DNA of 64,000 bases, from contig CAYFVY010000001.1 in assembly GCA_964346715.1 (NCBI GenBank), positions 7,880 to 71,879 of the forward strand. The letters are read 5' to 3'. Under the pieces are notes generated by a model. That model saw only the letters and a program-made list of their open reading frames with translations, had not been told where the DNA came from and made no database searches. Shown here piece after piece: positions 49,307-59,232 of this stretch (position 1 is its first letter; each line of letters opens with the position of its first letter). The DNA is from an uncultured Pelistega sp. Its GTDB lineage: Bacteria > Pseudomonadota > Gammaproteobacteria > Burkholderiales > Burkholderiaceae_B. Made by a program: the position numbers and the translations under genes.

Positions 49307-49894
49307 TTAGTCAATACTAATACGGACACTGATGCGTTGATTTGACTCTTGACGCACTAAAGCCAAGCGTCGTGGCCCAAAAGCATCGTACTCACTAGCC
49401 GTCACTCGCCAACCTGCTTGTTGAAAACGTGTGAGGCGCTGCTGCTCATCATACTCAGGCTGCTCCAGTGAATAATTAGGCATGGCACGCCCATGAATCC
49501 AATATTGCAAGCCACTCACGGGAATAGGACTGCCAAGAACCTGAGCGACTAGGGCATCAGGGTTACTCGCCTCAAGATACTCTCCGTTAGAGCGCGTCAT
49601 ACTAGCATAGCCTGGCATAACCTCTACACGCGCCAACACCTGTCCCAATGGGCTACTGAGGTCTAAGGTCACTCGCTCACGTTGCGAAAGCCAACGAAAA
49701 TTCCCTTGTACCGAGTCAGTATTACGATCTATCGCACGGTCAAAGACCAAGAGAGCAAAGCGACCATCACGTAATAACTGCTGTTCTTGACTTAAGTTTG
49801 GGTCAGGTTCAATCAAGGGTTTGGGCGTAGTACATGCCGCTAAGCCGGCTACCAAAGCCAAAATCGCAGCTTTCGTGAAACGCTTTACTATCAT
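49307..49894 (-). CDS. lolB: Outer membrane lipoprotein LolB
   Basis: It has the lipobox LAAC, is about 195 aa, and follows the conserved TPR-lolB-ispE order. Confidence 0.82.
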   Translation of the reverse strand: MIVKRFTKAAILALVAGLAACTTPKPLIEPDPNLSQEQQLLRDGRFALLVFDRAIDRNTDSVQGNFRWLSQRERVTLDLSSPLGQVLARVEVMPGYASMTRSNGEYLEASNPDALVAQVLGSPIPVSGLQYWIHGRAMPNYSLEQPEYDEQQRLTRFQQAGWRVTASEYDAFGPRRLALVRQESNQRISVRISID

Positions 49895-51693
49895 GGTTTA
49901 ATTCCTAAATCTAAGCGTCGAATCGTCTGACGCAATACATTATTCTCTTTATCGTGTTCTTGAGCTTTAAGCAAAATTGTTTTAGCTCTTTCTTTATCGC
50001 CCATAGCGACATAAAGGTCTGCCAAGTGTGCGGCAATTTCAACTTGCTCATCAATTTCGTAAGCTAACTCAAGGTACTCCAGTGCTAACGAATAATTACC
50101 TAAACGAAATTGCAACCAACCCATACTATCTAAGATATACGGGCTTTGCGGATCAAAAACCAAGGCACGCTCCAGTAAGCTTTGCGCCTCAGTCAGATTG
50201 TAATTATTGTCGGCAAACACATAACCTAAGGCATTATAGGCATGCGCATCACTTGGCTGCGCAGCAATCACTTGGCGTAAGTATTTTTCTGTCAACTCTA
50301 ATTGCCCGCGCATTTCATAGAGCATGGCTAAGCTATATTTAATTGAATTATCATCGGGTAATTCTTTTAAGGCACGATCTAAGTACGCAATCGCCTGATC
50401 CGTCCGACCAGAAGTCTGCAACAGATCGCCACCCACTAAATACACCATCGATTTTTCTTCTTTATTTTCTGTGGTGATTGAAGATAATTTATCTAAGGCT
50501 TTGGTGATTTGTCCTGATCGTGCAAATAACTTGGCTTTCTCTAACTCAACCTCAAGCGTCGTGTCGACAGGTTTGATTTTTTCCAATTGCGCCAGTGCTT
50601 GACTATATTTTTTCTCTTCTGAATACACTAAAGCCAAGGCCATACGCGCCATCACTTCCATCTCTATCGAGTTCGTACTTTCATTGTGAGTGGTTTGTTG
50701 GCGCTGAGTTTGGATATCAATAAACTGCACTAATAATTGGCGTGCCTGAGTATATTGCTTCGCATCTTTATGCAATAAGGCTTCAAAATAAAGCAACTCA
50801 AAATCCTCAGGATTCACTTGGCGCATATGCTTGAGTTCTTCGGTTGCCTCTTGATATTCCTTATCCCTGGCAAGCTCTTGAATATAGGCCAGATAGAGTT
50901 CTCTGGACTCAGGATACTTATGTAAAAAGGCCTTAACTGAGTTCAAAGCTTGAGCGCGACGAGGCCCCTGAGCTAAGAATAAAATTCTCCCTGCAGCCGG
51001 TACCATACTTGGATCAAGGTCTAAAGCTTTAAACGCTTCATCCCATGCTTCATCGGCATAGTTAACGCGTATCGCAAAATTCGACTTAATCATATGCAAG
51101 GCGGCAGAATCAAGCAAAAGACCATGAGTTGCGCGGTCTAAGATATCCTTCGCTGCTTGACGGTCTTCTAGTTCCTCAAGCAGGGTCGCCATCTCATATA
51201 AGGCGACCTCTTGATCATGACCCTCATTAGCCGTGACAATATCGACACGTAAGAAATCAGCCAACTCCTGGGTTTTATTATTATCACCAAGCAATAAGTA
51301 CAATAAGGTTTTCGCTTCCTTACTCTGATCTAATTGCACCCAATACCGAGCCGCTTCAAGTGCTAATTCAGGCTTATCAAGGGCAAGATTTAATTTGGTG
51401 GCACGCTCCGCAATAAAGGGCGTATTTTTGATTTCTTTTAAAAAGTTTAAAGACTCACGGGCGGCAAATTCATAATTACCGTCCTGAATTGCTACTTCAA
51501 TTGCAAGCACCTGATAAATCTCATCGGCTTGTAGCGACGCTGATAAGTCGACAGGCAAGATTTCATCCGCCACTTTATATTCCAAGAACGGACGAAGGTG
51601 ACGTAAACCAGGGAGATCGATGGATTGAGCAAGTGCCGTTTGACCAAAAATCGATACGATTGAACAAAAGACTAGCGATCTGAGTACTTTCAC
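49891..51693 (-). CDS. Tetratricopeptide repeat protein (exported)
   Basis: It has a signal peptide and many TPR-like A..Y..LG / A...L..AL motifs, and overlaps lolB by 4 nt. Confidence 0.8.
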   Translation of the reverse strand: MKVLRSLVFCSIVSIFGQTALAQSIDLPGLRHLRPFLEYKVADEILPVDLSASLQADEIYQVLAIEVAIQDGNYEFAARESLNFLKEIKNTPFIAERATKLNLALDKPELALEAARYWVQLDQSKEAKTLLYLLLGDNNKTQELADFLRVDIVTANEGHDQEVALYEMATLLEELEDRQAAKDILDRATHGLLLDSAALHMIKSNFAIRVNYADEAWDEAFKALDLDPSMVPAAGRILFLAQGPRRAQALNSVKAFLHKYPESRELYLAYIQELARDKEYQEATEELKHMRQVNPEDFELLYFEALLHKDAKQYTQARQLLVQFIDIQTQRQQTTHNESTNSIEMEVMARMALALVYSEEKKYSQALAQLEKIKPVDTTLEVELEKAKLFARSGQITKALDKLSSITTENKEEKSMVYLVGGDLLQTSGRTDQAIAYLDRALKELPDDNSIKYSLAMLYEMRGQLELTEKYLRQVIAAQPSDAHAYNALGYVFADNNYNLTEAQSLLERALVFDPQSPYILDSMGWLQFRLGNYSLALEYLELAYEIDEQVEIAAHLADLYVAMGDKERAKTILLKAQEHDKENNVLRQTIRRLDLGIKP

Positions 51694-51825
51694 AAAGCGT
51701 AGAACACCACTAAAAATTTATGACAGAGTTTATATTAACATTGCTGCCGAAATTTTCCGCGTTCTAAGGGTAAAATCTCAGCAGAATCATCTTAACATCT
51801 CTTCAAAGCAACGTTTTTACTGAAT

Positions 51826-52647
51826 ATGCCTGAATTACCTGAAGTTGAAACCACCCGCCGTGGCTTAGCGCCTTTTGTTGAAGGGGCGAACTTAAAAGCT
51901 TTCCGGATTTATTTTCCAACTCTTCGTTGGCCTGTCCCCGCTTTTTTACCAGAAACACTTAAGGATCAACAAGTCCTACGCATTACACGTCGAGGCAAGT
52001 ATCTACTCATGCATTTTGCTCACGGTTGCCTATTAATTCACCTAGGCATGTCTGGCTCCATTCGACGCGTGCGTGAAGGTGAGTTTCTACTTAAGCACGA
52101 TCATATTGAATGGGTGTTTACCGACGCGTGTTTTCGCTTGAATGATCCAAGGCGCTTTGGTGCGATCTTATGGCATGAAGGTGAGGATGTTCTCTCACAC
52201 CCTCTCTTGCAAAGCTTAGGGATTGAACCTTTTGACCCTGAATTTACGGTAGATTATCTCTATCAAGGCTTACGCCAAAAAACTCAGAATATTAAGGCAA
52301 GCTTACTCAGTGGGGCTATTGTGGTGGGGGTTGGCAATATTTATTGCAGTGAGAGTCTTTTCAAAGCAGGCATCAATCCTAAAGTCGCATCGAATAAGAT
52401 CTCTCGTCAACGCGTAGCACGCCTACATCAAGCAATTCTTGATACCTTAAACAAGGCCTTAGAGAGTGGTGGCAGTACCTTGAAAGACTTCCACCATACT
52501 GATGGACAGCCAGGCTCTTATTTTGATTTACATGCGCAAGTCTATGACCGCTTAGACCAAGCCTGCCATGTCTGCGCAACACCGATTAAGAAAATTATCC
52601 AAGGGCAGCGCGCCACGTATTATTGTCCGCGCTGCCAAAGCCGTTAA
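51826..52647 (+). CDS. mutM: Formamidopyrimidine-DNA glycosylase
   Basis: It has the N-terminal PELPEVE motif, an H2TH region and a C-terminal zinc finger (CHVC..N16..CPRC). Confidence 0.96.
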   Translation: MPELPEVETTRRGLAPFVEGANLKAFRIYFPTLRWPVPAFLPETLKDQQVLRITRRGKYLLMHFAHGCLLIHLGMSGSIRRVREGEFLLKHDHIEWVFTDACFRLNDPRRFGAILWHEGEDVLSHPLLQSLGIEPFDPEFTVDYLYQGLRQKTQNIKASLLSGAIVVGVGNIYCSESLFKAGINPKVASNKISRQRVARLHQAILDTLNKALESGGSTLKDFHHTDGQPGSYFDLHAQVYDRLDQACHVCATPIKKIIQGQRATYYCPRCQSR

Positions 52648-52722
52648 AGGAATTAAGGGGCTAAGCACCTAATGCGCCAAGCCCCCATAGAAAACAACAA
52701 ATCTTATGCTGAATACTGGTAC

Positions 52723-54141
52723 TTAATACAACTCTACGCTATTAATCACTTTACCGGGATTAAGCAAAGCATTCGGATCAAGAGCACGCTTAATCTTACG
52801 CATAAGGGCTAATTCCACCTCACCTTTATAATCAGGTAAGAGATCCTTTTTCAGTTGGCCAACGCCGTGCTCAGCTGAGATAGATCCTTGGAAGGCATGA
52901 ACGCTGTCATAAACGACTTTATACACGTCCTTTTGCATGTTTAAGAAGCCCTCTTCCTGACCTTCAGGAGCACCCACGTTGTAATGCAGATTGCCATCGC
53001 CCAAATGCCCGAACACAATATGGCGCACGCCTGGGAAATTTTGCTGCAATAATTCATTGGTCTTTTCAACAAATTGAGCGGTGAGGGAAACCGGCACAGA
53101 AATATCATTCTTAATGCCCTTACCTGCCTCAGCCTCGGCCAAAGGAATACTTTCACGAATATGCCAGAGGTCTTGGCTTTGCTGTACTGACTCAGCAATC
53201 ACTGCATCGACAATTTCATCTGCTTCAAACGCACGTCCCACAACATCCTCAAAGCGATTGCGGGCATGCTCTGCACTCTCGCTATCAGACACTTCAATCA
53301 AGACATACCAAGGTGCTGAAGCTGGCTCGAAAGGTAATTTAATTTGTGGGAAATTATCCGCCACAATCTGCATACAGTAATCTGATATCACTTCAAAACC
53401 AGTTAAGGCCGAGCCAAAATCACGACGTGCACGAGTCAAGACCTTAACCGCATTCTCCAAACCCGTTAAGACTAATAAAGCAGTCGTCTGCGCAACCGGT
53501 TGTGGGTAAAGCTTTAAGGTTGCTGCCGTAATGATACCTAGGGTGCCTTCACTGCCAACAAAGAGATTGCGTAGATCATAGCCCGTATTGTCTTTACGTA
53601 AGCCGCGCAAACCATCCCAAATATCCCCATCAACCGTGACCACTTGCAAGCCCAGCGTGAGATCACGGGCATTACCATAGCGCAAGACTTGTGTACCGCC
53701 AGCATTTGTAGCTAAGTTACCACCAATTGTGCAACTCCCCTCAGCCGCTAAACTTAAGGGGAATAGACGATCCACCTTAGCGGCAGCTTCTTGTACAGCT
53801 TGTAAGATACATCCTGCTTGCACCGTAATCGTATCGTTATCGGTATCGATATCCAGCACTTTGTTAAGACGCGTGGTTAAGATCACCACCGCATCACCCT
53901 TATTACTTGGCGTTGCGCCACCCACTAAGCCAGTATTGCCACCTTGGGTCACCATCGGAGTCTCGTAATACAGGCATGTCTTCACAACATCAGCGACTTC
54001 TTCCACCGAGCCTGGACGCACAACGGCCATAGCCTTACCGGTATAGCGTCCACGCCAGTCGGTCAAATAAGGTTTGGCATCATCACCAGTAAGAATGTGG
54101 TCTGCTCCCACAACGTCTTGCAGATCGGCTAATAAAGTCAT
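52723..54141 (-). CDS. FAD-linked oxidase (GlcD / D-2-hydroxyacid dehydrogenase family)
   Basis: It has a FAD_binding_4 pattern (QGGNTGLVGGA) and the C-terminal motif SAEHGVG...K. The substrate has not been established. Confidence 0.82.
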   Translation of the reverse strand: MTLLADLQDVVGADHILTGDDAKPYLTDWRGRYTGKAMAVVRPGSVEEVADVVKTCLYYETPMVTQGGNTGLVGGATPSNKGDAVVILTTRLNKVLDIDTDNDTITVQAGCILQAVQEAAAKVDRLFPLSLAAEGSCTIGGNLATNAGGTQVLRYGNARDLTLGLQVVTVDGDIWDGLRGLRKDNTGYDLRNLFVGSEGTLGIITAATLKLYPQPVAQTTALLVLTGLENAVKVLTRARRDFGSALTGFEVISDYCMQIVADNFPQIKLPFEPASAPWYVLIEVSDSESAEHARNRFEDVVGRAFEADEIVDAVIAESVQQSQDLWHIRESIPLAEAEAGKGIKNDISVPVSLTAQFVEKTNELLQQNFPGVRHIVFGHLGDGNLHYNVGAPEGQEEGFLNMQKDVYKVVYDSVHAFQGSISAEHGVGQLKKDLLPDYKGEVELALMRKIKRALDPNALLNPGKVINSVELY

Positions 54142-54270
54142 ATCGATTACCTAAAGTTCTCTGTCTCATGTAAGTTTTCGTCAAGCGACGAAATGTAAAA
54201 AACATTCTAACCAAAAAAACTGATAATGTTTAGGTATTATTCGCGTTTTTACATGTTTTAAGGATTTTTT

Positions 54271-55656
54271 ATGCTCGTTTTACCGCAAAGTGTCTATAAA
54301 GCCTATGATATTCGTGGCACTGTACCGGAGCAAATTAATGGCGACTTCGCCTTTTTACTCGGTCGCGCTTTGGGTCAACGCGCACTCCAACTTAAGCATA
54401 GCAAAATCGTTATCGGCTTTGATGGCCGTCATAGCAGCCCTGTTTTAGCACAGCAATTAAGTGCTGGTATCCGAGATCAAGGCGTGCATGTGATTAATTT
54501 AGGTATGGTACCTACACCTTTGGTGTACTTTTACACTTACCACTTTTCGCTCGGCGCAGCAGTGGCAATTACGGGTAGTCATAATCCACCTGATTACAAT
54601 GGCTTTAAAATGATGCTTGATGGTCAAGCACTTTATGGCCAACAAGTAAGCTCCTTATATGAAGAGATGTTAGCACTTGAAGAGCAGGACATGCTCAATG
54701 GCACTGGTCGCGAGCAAAGCATCAACATCATTCCTGGTTATATACAACGTATTACCCAAGATGTAAAACTTAAGCGCCCAATGAAAATTGCCATTGACTG
54801 CGGTAGCGGTGTAGGCGCTGTCGTTGCGACTAAGCTGTTTCAACATCTCGGCTGCATAGTGGATGAGTTATATTGCCAAGTCGACCCTGAATTCCCTCAC
54901 CATCACCCCGACCCAGCAGATCCAAATAATCTGCAAGACTTAATTCAGCATGTACAAACCAGTGACTGTGAAATCGGACTCGCTTTTGATGGTGATGCCG
55001 ATCGTTTAGGCGTGGTGACAAAATCAGGGCAGATTATTTGGCCAGATCGTCAACTAATTTTATTCAGCCAAGATGTACTATCACGTGAACCTGGCGCAAC
55101 CATCGTCTATGACGTCAAATGTAGCCGTCATGTCGGTGAGCAGATTAGCGCGGCTGGAGGCCATGCCTTAATGTGGCAGACAGGGCACTCACTGATTAAG
55201 CATAAGATGAAACTAGAAGGCGCGGCTTTAGGCGGTGAAATGAGCGGCCATATCTTCTTTCAAGAGCGCTGGTATGGCTTTGACGATGGCTTGTATACGG
55301 GAGCTCGTCTTTTAGAAATCTTATCGCGCTATCAAGACCCTAGTGCAGTCTTAGAGGCGTTACCGCAAGATATCTCTACTCCAGAATTAAAGATTCAGAT
55401 GCAAGAAGGGCAACCCCATACCTTAATCAAACGGCTTCAAGAACAGGCCGAGCTCCCTAAAGCTAAGCAACTTATCAAAATTGATGGGATTCGTGCTGAG
55501 TACGATTATGGTTTTGGTCTTGCCAGAGCATCTAACACCACCCCTGTCATTGTGCTGCGCTTTGAAGCCAAAGATGCTGCGAGCTTAGTCCTTATCCAAG
55601 ACGATTTTCGTGCCTTATTTGCTCAATTCGCCCCTGAAGTAGAATTACCGTTTTAG
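54271..55656 (+). CDS. Phosphomannomutase/phosphoglucomutase (AlgC/ManB type)
   Basis: It has the active-site loop TGSHNPPDYNGFK, the Mg site FDGDADR and the sugar loop GGEMSGH. Confidence 0.92.
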   Translation: MLVLPQSVYKAYDIRGTVPEQINGDFAFLLGRALGQRALQLKHSKIVIGFDGRHSSPVLAQQLSAGIRDQGVHVINLGMVPTPLVYFYTYHFSLGAAVAITGSHNPPDYNGFKMMLDGQALYGQQVSSLYEEMLALEEQDMLNGTGREQSINIIPGYIQRITQDVKLKRPMKIAIDCGSGVGAVVATKLFQHLGCIVDELYCQVDPEFPHHHPDPADPNNLQDLIQHVQTSDCEIGLAFDGDADRLGVVTKSGQIIWPDRQLILFSQDVLSREPGATIVYDVKCSRHVGEQISAAGGHALMWQTGHSLIKHKMKLEGAALGGEMSGHIFFQERWYGFDDGLYTGARLLEILSRYQDPSAVLEALPQDISTPELKIQMQEGQPHTLIKRLQEQAELPKAKQLIKIDGIRAEYDYGFGLARASNTTPVIVLRFEAKDAASLVLIQDDFRALFAQFAPEVELPF

Positions 55657-56792
55657 GACGACTTACCTAGTGACTTACGTAGTAGTTCTTGATACAAACT
55701 TAAATGCTGTGCCACGATGATGGGTAAGGCAAACTCTTGCTCAGCAAGGGTACGTCCGGCCTCTCCCATCGCTTGACGCTTGGCTTTATCCTGGGCTAAA
55801 GCTTGCACAGCTGCACTCAGCGCTTGAGCATCTTTGACGGGTACTAACTCACCGCTGATATGAGGAATAATCGTATCGCGGCAACCTGGCACATCGCTGG
55901 TGACGATAGGCCTAGCGCTAGCCGCCGCCTCAAGTAAAGACTTAGGAATACCCTCTCGATAGGAGGGCAAGACAATAATATGCGACTGAGCATAAAGATG
56001 AGCAATATCGCGTCGTTCACCAAGAACCTTAAGATACGCAGCAATTTGTTCAAGTTCAGCTTCATTTAAGGACGCAGGGTTACCAGGGTCCATACTACCC
56101 GCTAATTGCCAGATGGTGGTGTGATCGCCTGCCGCATGTGCTAGGCGTGCCGCCTCGGCATATTCCATCACCCCCTTATCTTTGAGTAAGCGTGCAGCCA
56201 TGGTTACGACCACAGGCTCCATCGGTTCTGGAGTTGCGGCAAATTCTTGCATATCGACCCCAGAGCCCTTAATCACGACAGCCTGATTGTCTCGTAAAGC
56301 ACCTATCGTTTGCAGCACTGACTTATCATCTTGATTTTGCACAATCACTTTACTGTTCGGATGGGCTAATGCCAGTTTATAAAGATTTATTGCTGCCGTT
56401 TTAAGTACATCAAGACCCTTGCGTTGTCGGGTAAAAATAAAGCCTAAACCTGAAATCGCATAGACCACGGCTTTTACCTTAGCTAAACGAGCAGCAATGC
56501 CACCATACAGCACAGGTTTAATCGTCACTAAATGCACTAAGTCCGCTTGCTCTTGACGAAATAAGCGGTAGAGAAAGAGAATAGTCTTTAACTCTTGCCA
56601 AGGATTGGTACCACTGCGCGACATAGGAAGAACATGGTGTTTCAAACCTGCTGCCAATATTGTTTGTACAGCCTCTCCATCCATGGTCACAATATGTACA
56701 TCATGCCCCGCTTCCTGAGCTGCCAAAGCAATCGGTAAGCGATGGGATAAGAAGAAGGCAGGATTATTCACCACCATGAGAATTTTCGACAT
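55653..56792 (-). CDS. Glycosyltransferase family 4 (GT-B, RfaB-like)
   Basis: It has a GT4 C-terminal pattern (VLPSYREGIPKSLLEAAA..PIV.SDV.G). It overlaps the convergent phosphomannomutase gene by 4 nt. Confidence 0.85.
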   Translation of the reverse strand: MSKILMVVNNPAFFLSHRLPIALAAQEAGHDVHIVTMDGEAVQTILAAGLKHHVLPMSRSGTNPWQELKTILFLYRLFRQEQADLVHLVTIKPVLYGGIAARLAKVKAVVYAISGLGFIFTRQRKGLDVLKTAAINLYKLALAHPNSKVIVQNQDDKSVLQTIGALRDNQAVVIKGSGVDMQEFAATPEPMEPVVVTMAARLLKDKGVMEYAEAARLAHAAGDHTTIWQLAGSMDPGNPASLNEAELEQIAAYLKVLGERRDIAHLYAQSHIIVLPSYREGIPKSLLEAAASARPIVTSDVPGCRDTIIPHISGELVPVKDAQALSAAVQALAQDKAKRQAMGEAGRTLAEQEFALPIIVAQHLSLYQELLRKSLGKSS

Positions 56793-56795
56793 CGC

Positions 56796-58049
56796 TTATT
56801 TCCTTGATTGTTCTAACATGCTACGCCAAGCCTGCTCGTAGCGTTGGACCATCGTATCTAAACTAAAGTGTTCCAAAACGAACTGACGCATCTCTTGCTG
56901 ATAGCGAGCTTTGTCTGACATCGATAGACCTTGTATAAAACTGAGTGCCTGTTCCATCTTTGCGGCTAAGTCACTAGGCTGACTCGGTTTGGCTACCCAA
57001 CCAAACTCACCCACCATTAAAGCGGCATCACCCACATCGGTAACCACACACGGTGTTCCACAGGCCATTGCCTCAGCAACAACATTCGGAAAGCCTTCAG
57101 CAATACTCGATAGAACATGGATATTTAGAGCCGACATAATTGCGGGCACGTCTTGACGCATACCGAGCAATAGAACATCAGGCTGAGACTTACTATGCTC
57201 AAGCCCGGCTCGCGCTTCAAATCCACCGGACACATCAGACGCATCAGATGCATCAGGCATATCAGCCTCACCTACCGCCACTAAACCAAGCTCCTGTAGC
57301 AAGCTCATCAGCTCTGTATTAATTGCCTCTAAGCCCTTACCGATAAGCACTAAGCGTGCATCTGGGTAGTTTTGCTTTAAGGCTTTAAATGCACGCAATA
57401 AACTCGCATGGTCTTTTAAGGAATTCCAGCGCGCGACAAAACCAAAAACTGGCGTATCCGCTTGCACGCCCCAAGTCTGGCGTAAAATTTTAGCAGCAGC
57501 CGTATCCTCTTGCCATCGTGACAAATCATAACCATTTTGAATCACTTGCATGCGAGATTTATCGTATTGCCATTGTTGATGTAGATAGGCGGCTTGTTCA
57601 CCGCAGGCAATAATTTTCTGTGGGATTAGACGACTCATCAGCCCGCTTAAGCGAGCAAAATAATAGGCACTACGCGAACTTTGTTTAAGTTGATAGCCTG
57701 AGTTACGAATGCCCCAAGCTATATGTTTTAACCCCGCCAAGCGTGCCGCTAAACCGGCAATAAAATCGGCATGATACATCCAGGTCTGCACCACATCAGG
57801 CCTTAACTCACGGATTTTTTTAATCAAGCGCCAGAAATCACTTGGCGTGAGTCGCCCTGCTTGCATTCCTAAGCAATGAAGCTCAACCCCCGTTTGTCTG
57901 ATGGCCTCACCATAGACCCCTTCGTCAGCAAAAGATAAAACAATATTTTGTTCTTGCGAATGAGAAACTAAGCGCGTCAAGACACTCTCGGCGCCGCCTT
58001 GGCCGAGACCACTAATAATATGCAGTACACGAATTTTATCTCTCATCAT
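56796..58049 (-). CDS. Glycosyltransferase family 4 with an acidic interdomain insert
   Basis: It carries the N-terminal GGAE motif and SS..EGFPNVV.EAMACG.P.V.TDVG. The insert is GEADMPDASDASDVSGGFEARAGLEHSKSQPD. Confidence 0.85.
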   Translation of the reverse strand: MMRDKIRVLHIISGLGQGGAESVLTRLVSHSQEQNIVLSFADEGVYGEAIRQTGVELHCLGMQAGRLTPSDFWRLIKKIRELRPDVVQTWMYHADFIAGLAARLAGLKHIAWGIRNSGYQLKQSSRSAYYFARLSGLMSRLIPQKIIACGEQAAYLHQQWQYDKSRMQVIQNGYDLSRWQEDTAAAKILRQTWGVQADTPVFGFVARWNSLKDHASLLRAFKALKQNYPDARLVLIGKGLEAINTELMSLLQELGLVAVGEADMPDASDASDVSGGFEARAGLEHSKSQPDVLLLGMRQDVPAIMSALNIHVLSSIAEGFPNVVAEAMACGTPCVVTDVGDAALMVGEFGWVAKPSQPSDLAAKMEQALSFIQGLSMSDKARYQQEMRQFVLEHFSLDTMVQRYEQAWRSMLEQSRK

Positions 58050-58102
58050 TCTTTATCTTTTCTCTCGTTTGCCTCGGCCGCATTACATAGCAAATCTGTT
58101 GA

Positions 58103-59215
58103 CTACAGCCTGCGCCCAAGAACACGGGTAAATAAGGCATCCCACTGATTTAAGACCTGTTCTTGACCATAATGCTCGAACACATGCGCTTGACCACGCA
58201 AGGCTAAGTCATGACGATAATCTGCATCTTGCATTAAACGCAATAAGGCCGCTTCGTATTGCTTATCATTGCCTAAGGGGACAAGATCGGCATAACGCCC
58301 CTCTTCACTAATCTCAGCTGGTCCACTAGGACAATCAAAAGCTACTACTGGCAAACCTACCGCCATCGCCTCGACCATCGCATTTGGAAAGCCTTCAAGG
58401 CGTGTGGTCATGGCAAATATTTCTGATTCACGCATTTCCTCCCATGGACTCGTCGTTTTACCTTCAAGGAATACGGTCGCCGATTTATTTAAGCTTTGAA
58501 TCAATTGCTGTAATTTCTCTCGCTCAGGACCATCACCATAGATATGCAAGGTCCAACCAGGTGCCTGCTTACTTGCTTGGCCAAACACATGAATTAGGAG
58601 ATCAAATTGCTTGCTACTCACTAAGCGTCCCATGGCCATCACACGTTGTGCTGCCGCTTGCTTAGGTGCCACACGAGTTAATTCCTTGGGCAAGGGATTC
58701 GGCATCACGACCAAAAATTTTAGAGGAGGCATCGTCGCGGCAAATTCGTCAGCCGCCTCTTGAGTTTGTAGCATGACGACATCCGCTCGCGGATACAGCC
58801 AACGGCGTAAATTCTTTAATCCTGAACTTATTTTCTGATGTAGGGGATGCGAACGCTCAGAGACAATCAAGGGGATACCCAGACCCGCGCTCGCCATCAA
58901 ACTCATAACGTTCACATTGGTTAAGAACGAAACCATAATGTCTGCTTTCTGACTTTTCATCAGACGACGTAAGTAATACGGCTTCATCACTTTTTTAAGC
59001 AATGTATTTTGTGGCATTAATTGGCTTAGCCAGATGACTTGCACGGCTGGATCTAAGGGATAAAAAGATTCCCCACAACCTTGATTATAGGTCGGCACTA
59101 AAACCACCTCATAGCCACGCGCTACCCATGCATTCGCCAAACTGACACCTACACGCTCAGCTCCACCCGCATTTAAGGAGCTTAACAATAACATTATTTT
59201 CATCTTTTTATTCAT
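58103..59215 (-). CDS. Glycosyltransferase family 4
   Basis: It carries LNAGGAERV and T..EGFPNAMVEAMA.GLPVV..D. I moved the start to MNKKMKIM to avoid a 100-nt overlap with the upstream gene; the track starts at 59332. Confidence 0.82.
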   Translation of the reverse strand: MNKKMKIMLLLSSLNAGGAERVGVSLANAWVARGYEVVLVPTYNQGCGESFYPLDPAVQVIWLSQLMPQNTLLKKVMKPYYLRRLMKSQKADIMVSFLTNVNVMSLMASAGLGIPLIVSERSHPLHQKISSGLKNLRRWLYPRADVVMLQTQEAADEFAATMPPLKFLVVMPNPLPKELTRVAPKQAAAQRVMAMGRLVSSKQFDLLIHVFGQASKQAPGWTLHIYGDGPEREKLQQLIQSLNKSATVFLEGKTTSPWEEMRESEIFAMTTRLEGFPNAMVEAMAVGLPVVAFDCPSGPAEISEEGRYADLVPLGNDKQYEAALLRLMQDADYRHDLALRGQAHVFEHYGQEQVLNQWDALFTRVLGRRL

Positions 59216-59232
59216 GCTTCTCGTCAGCCCAT

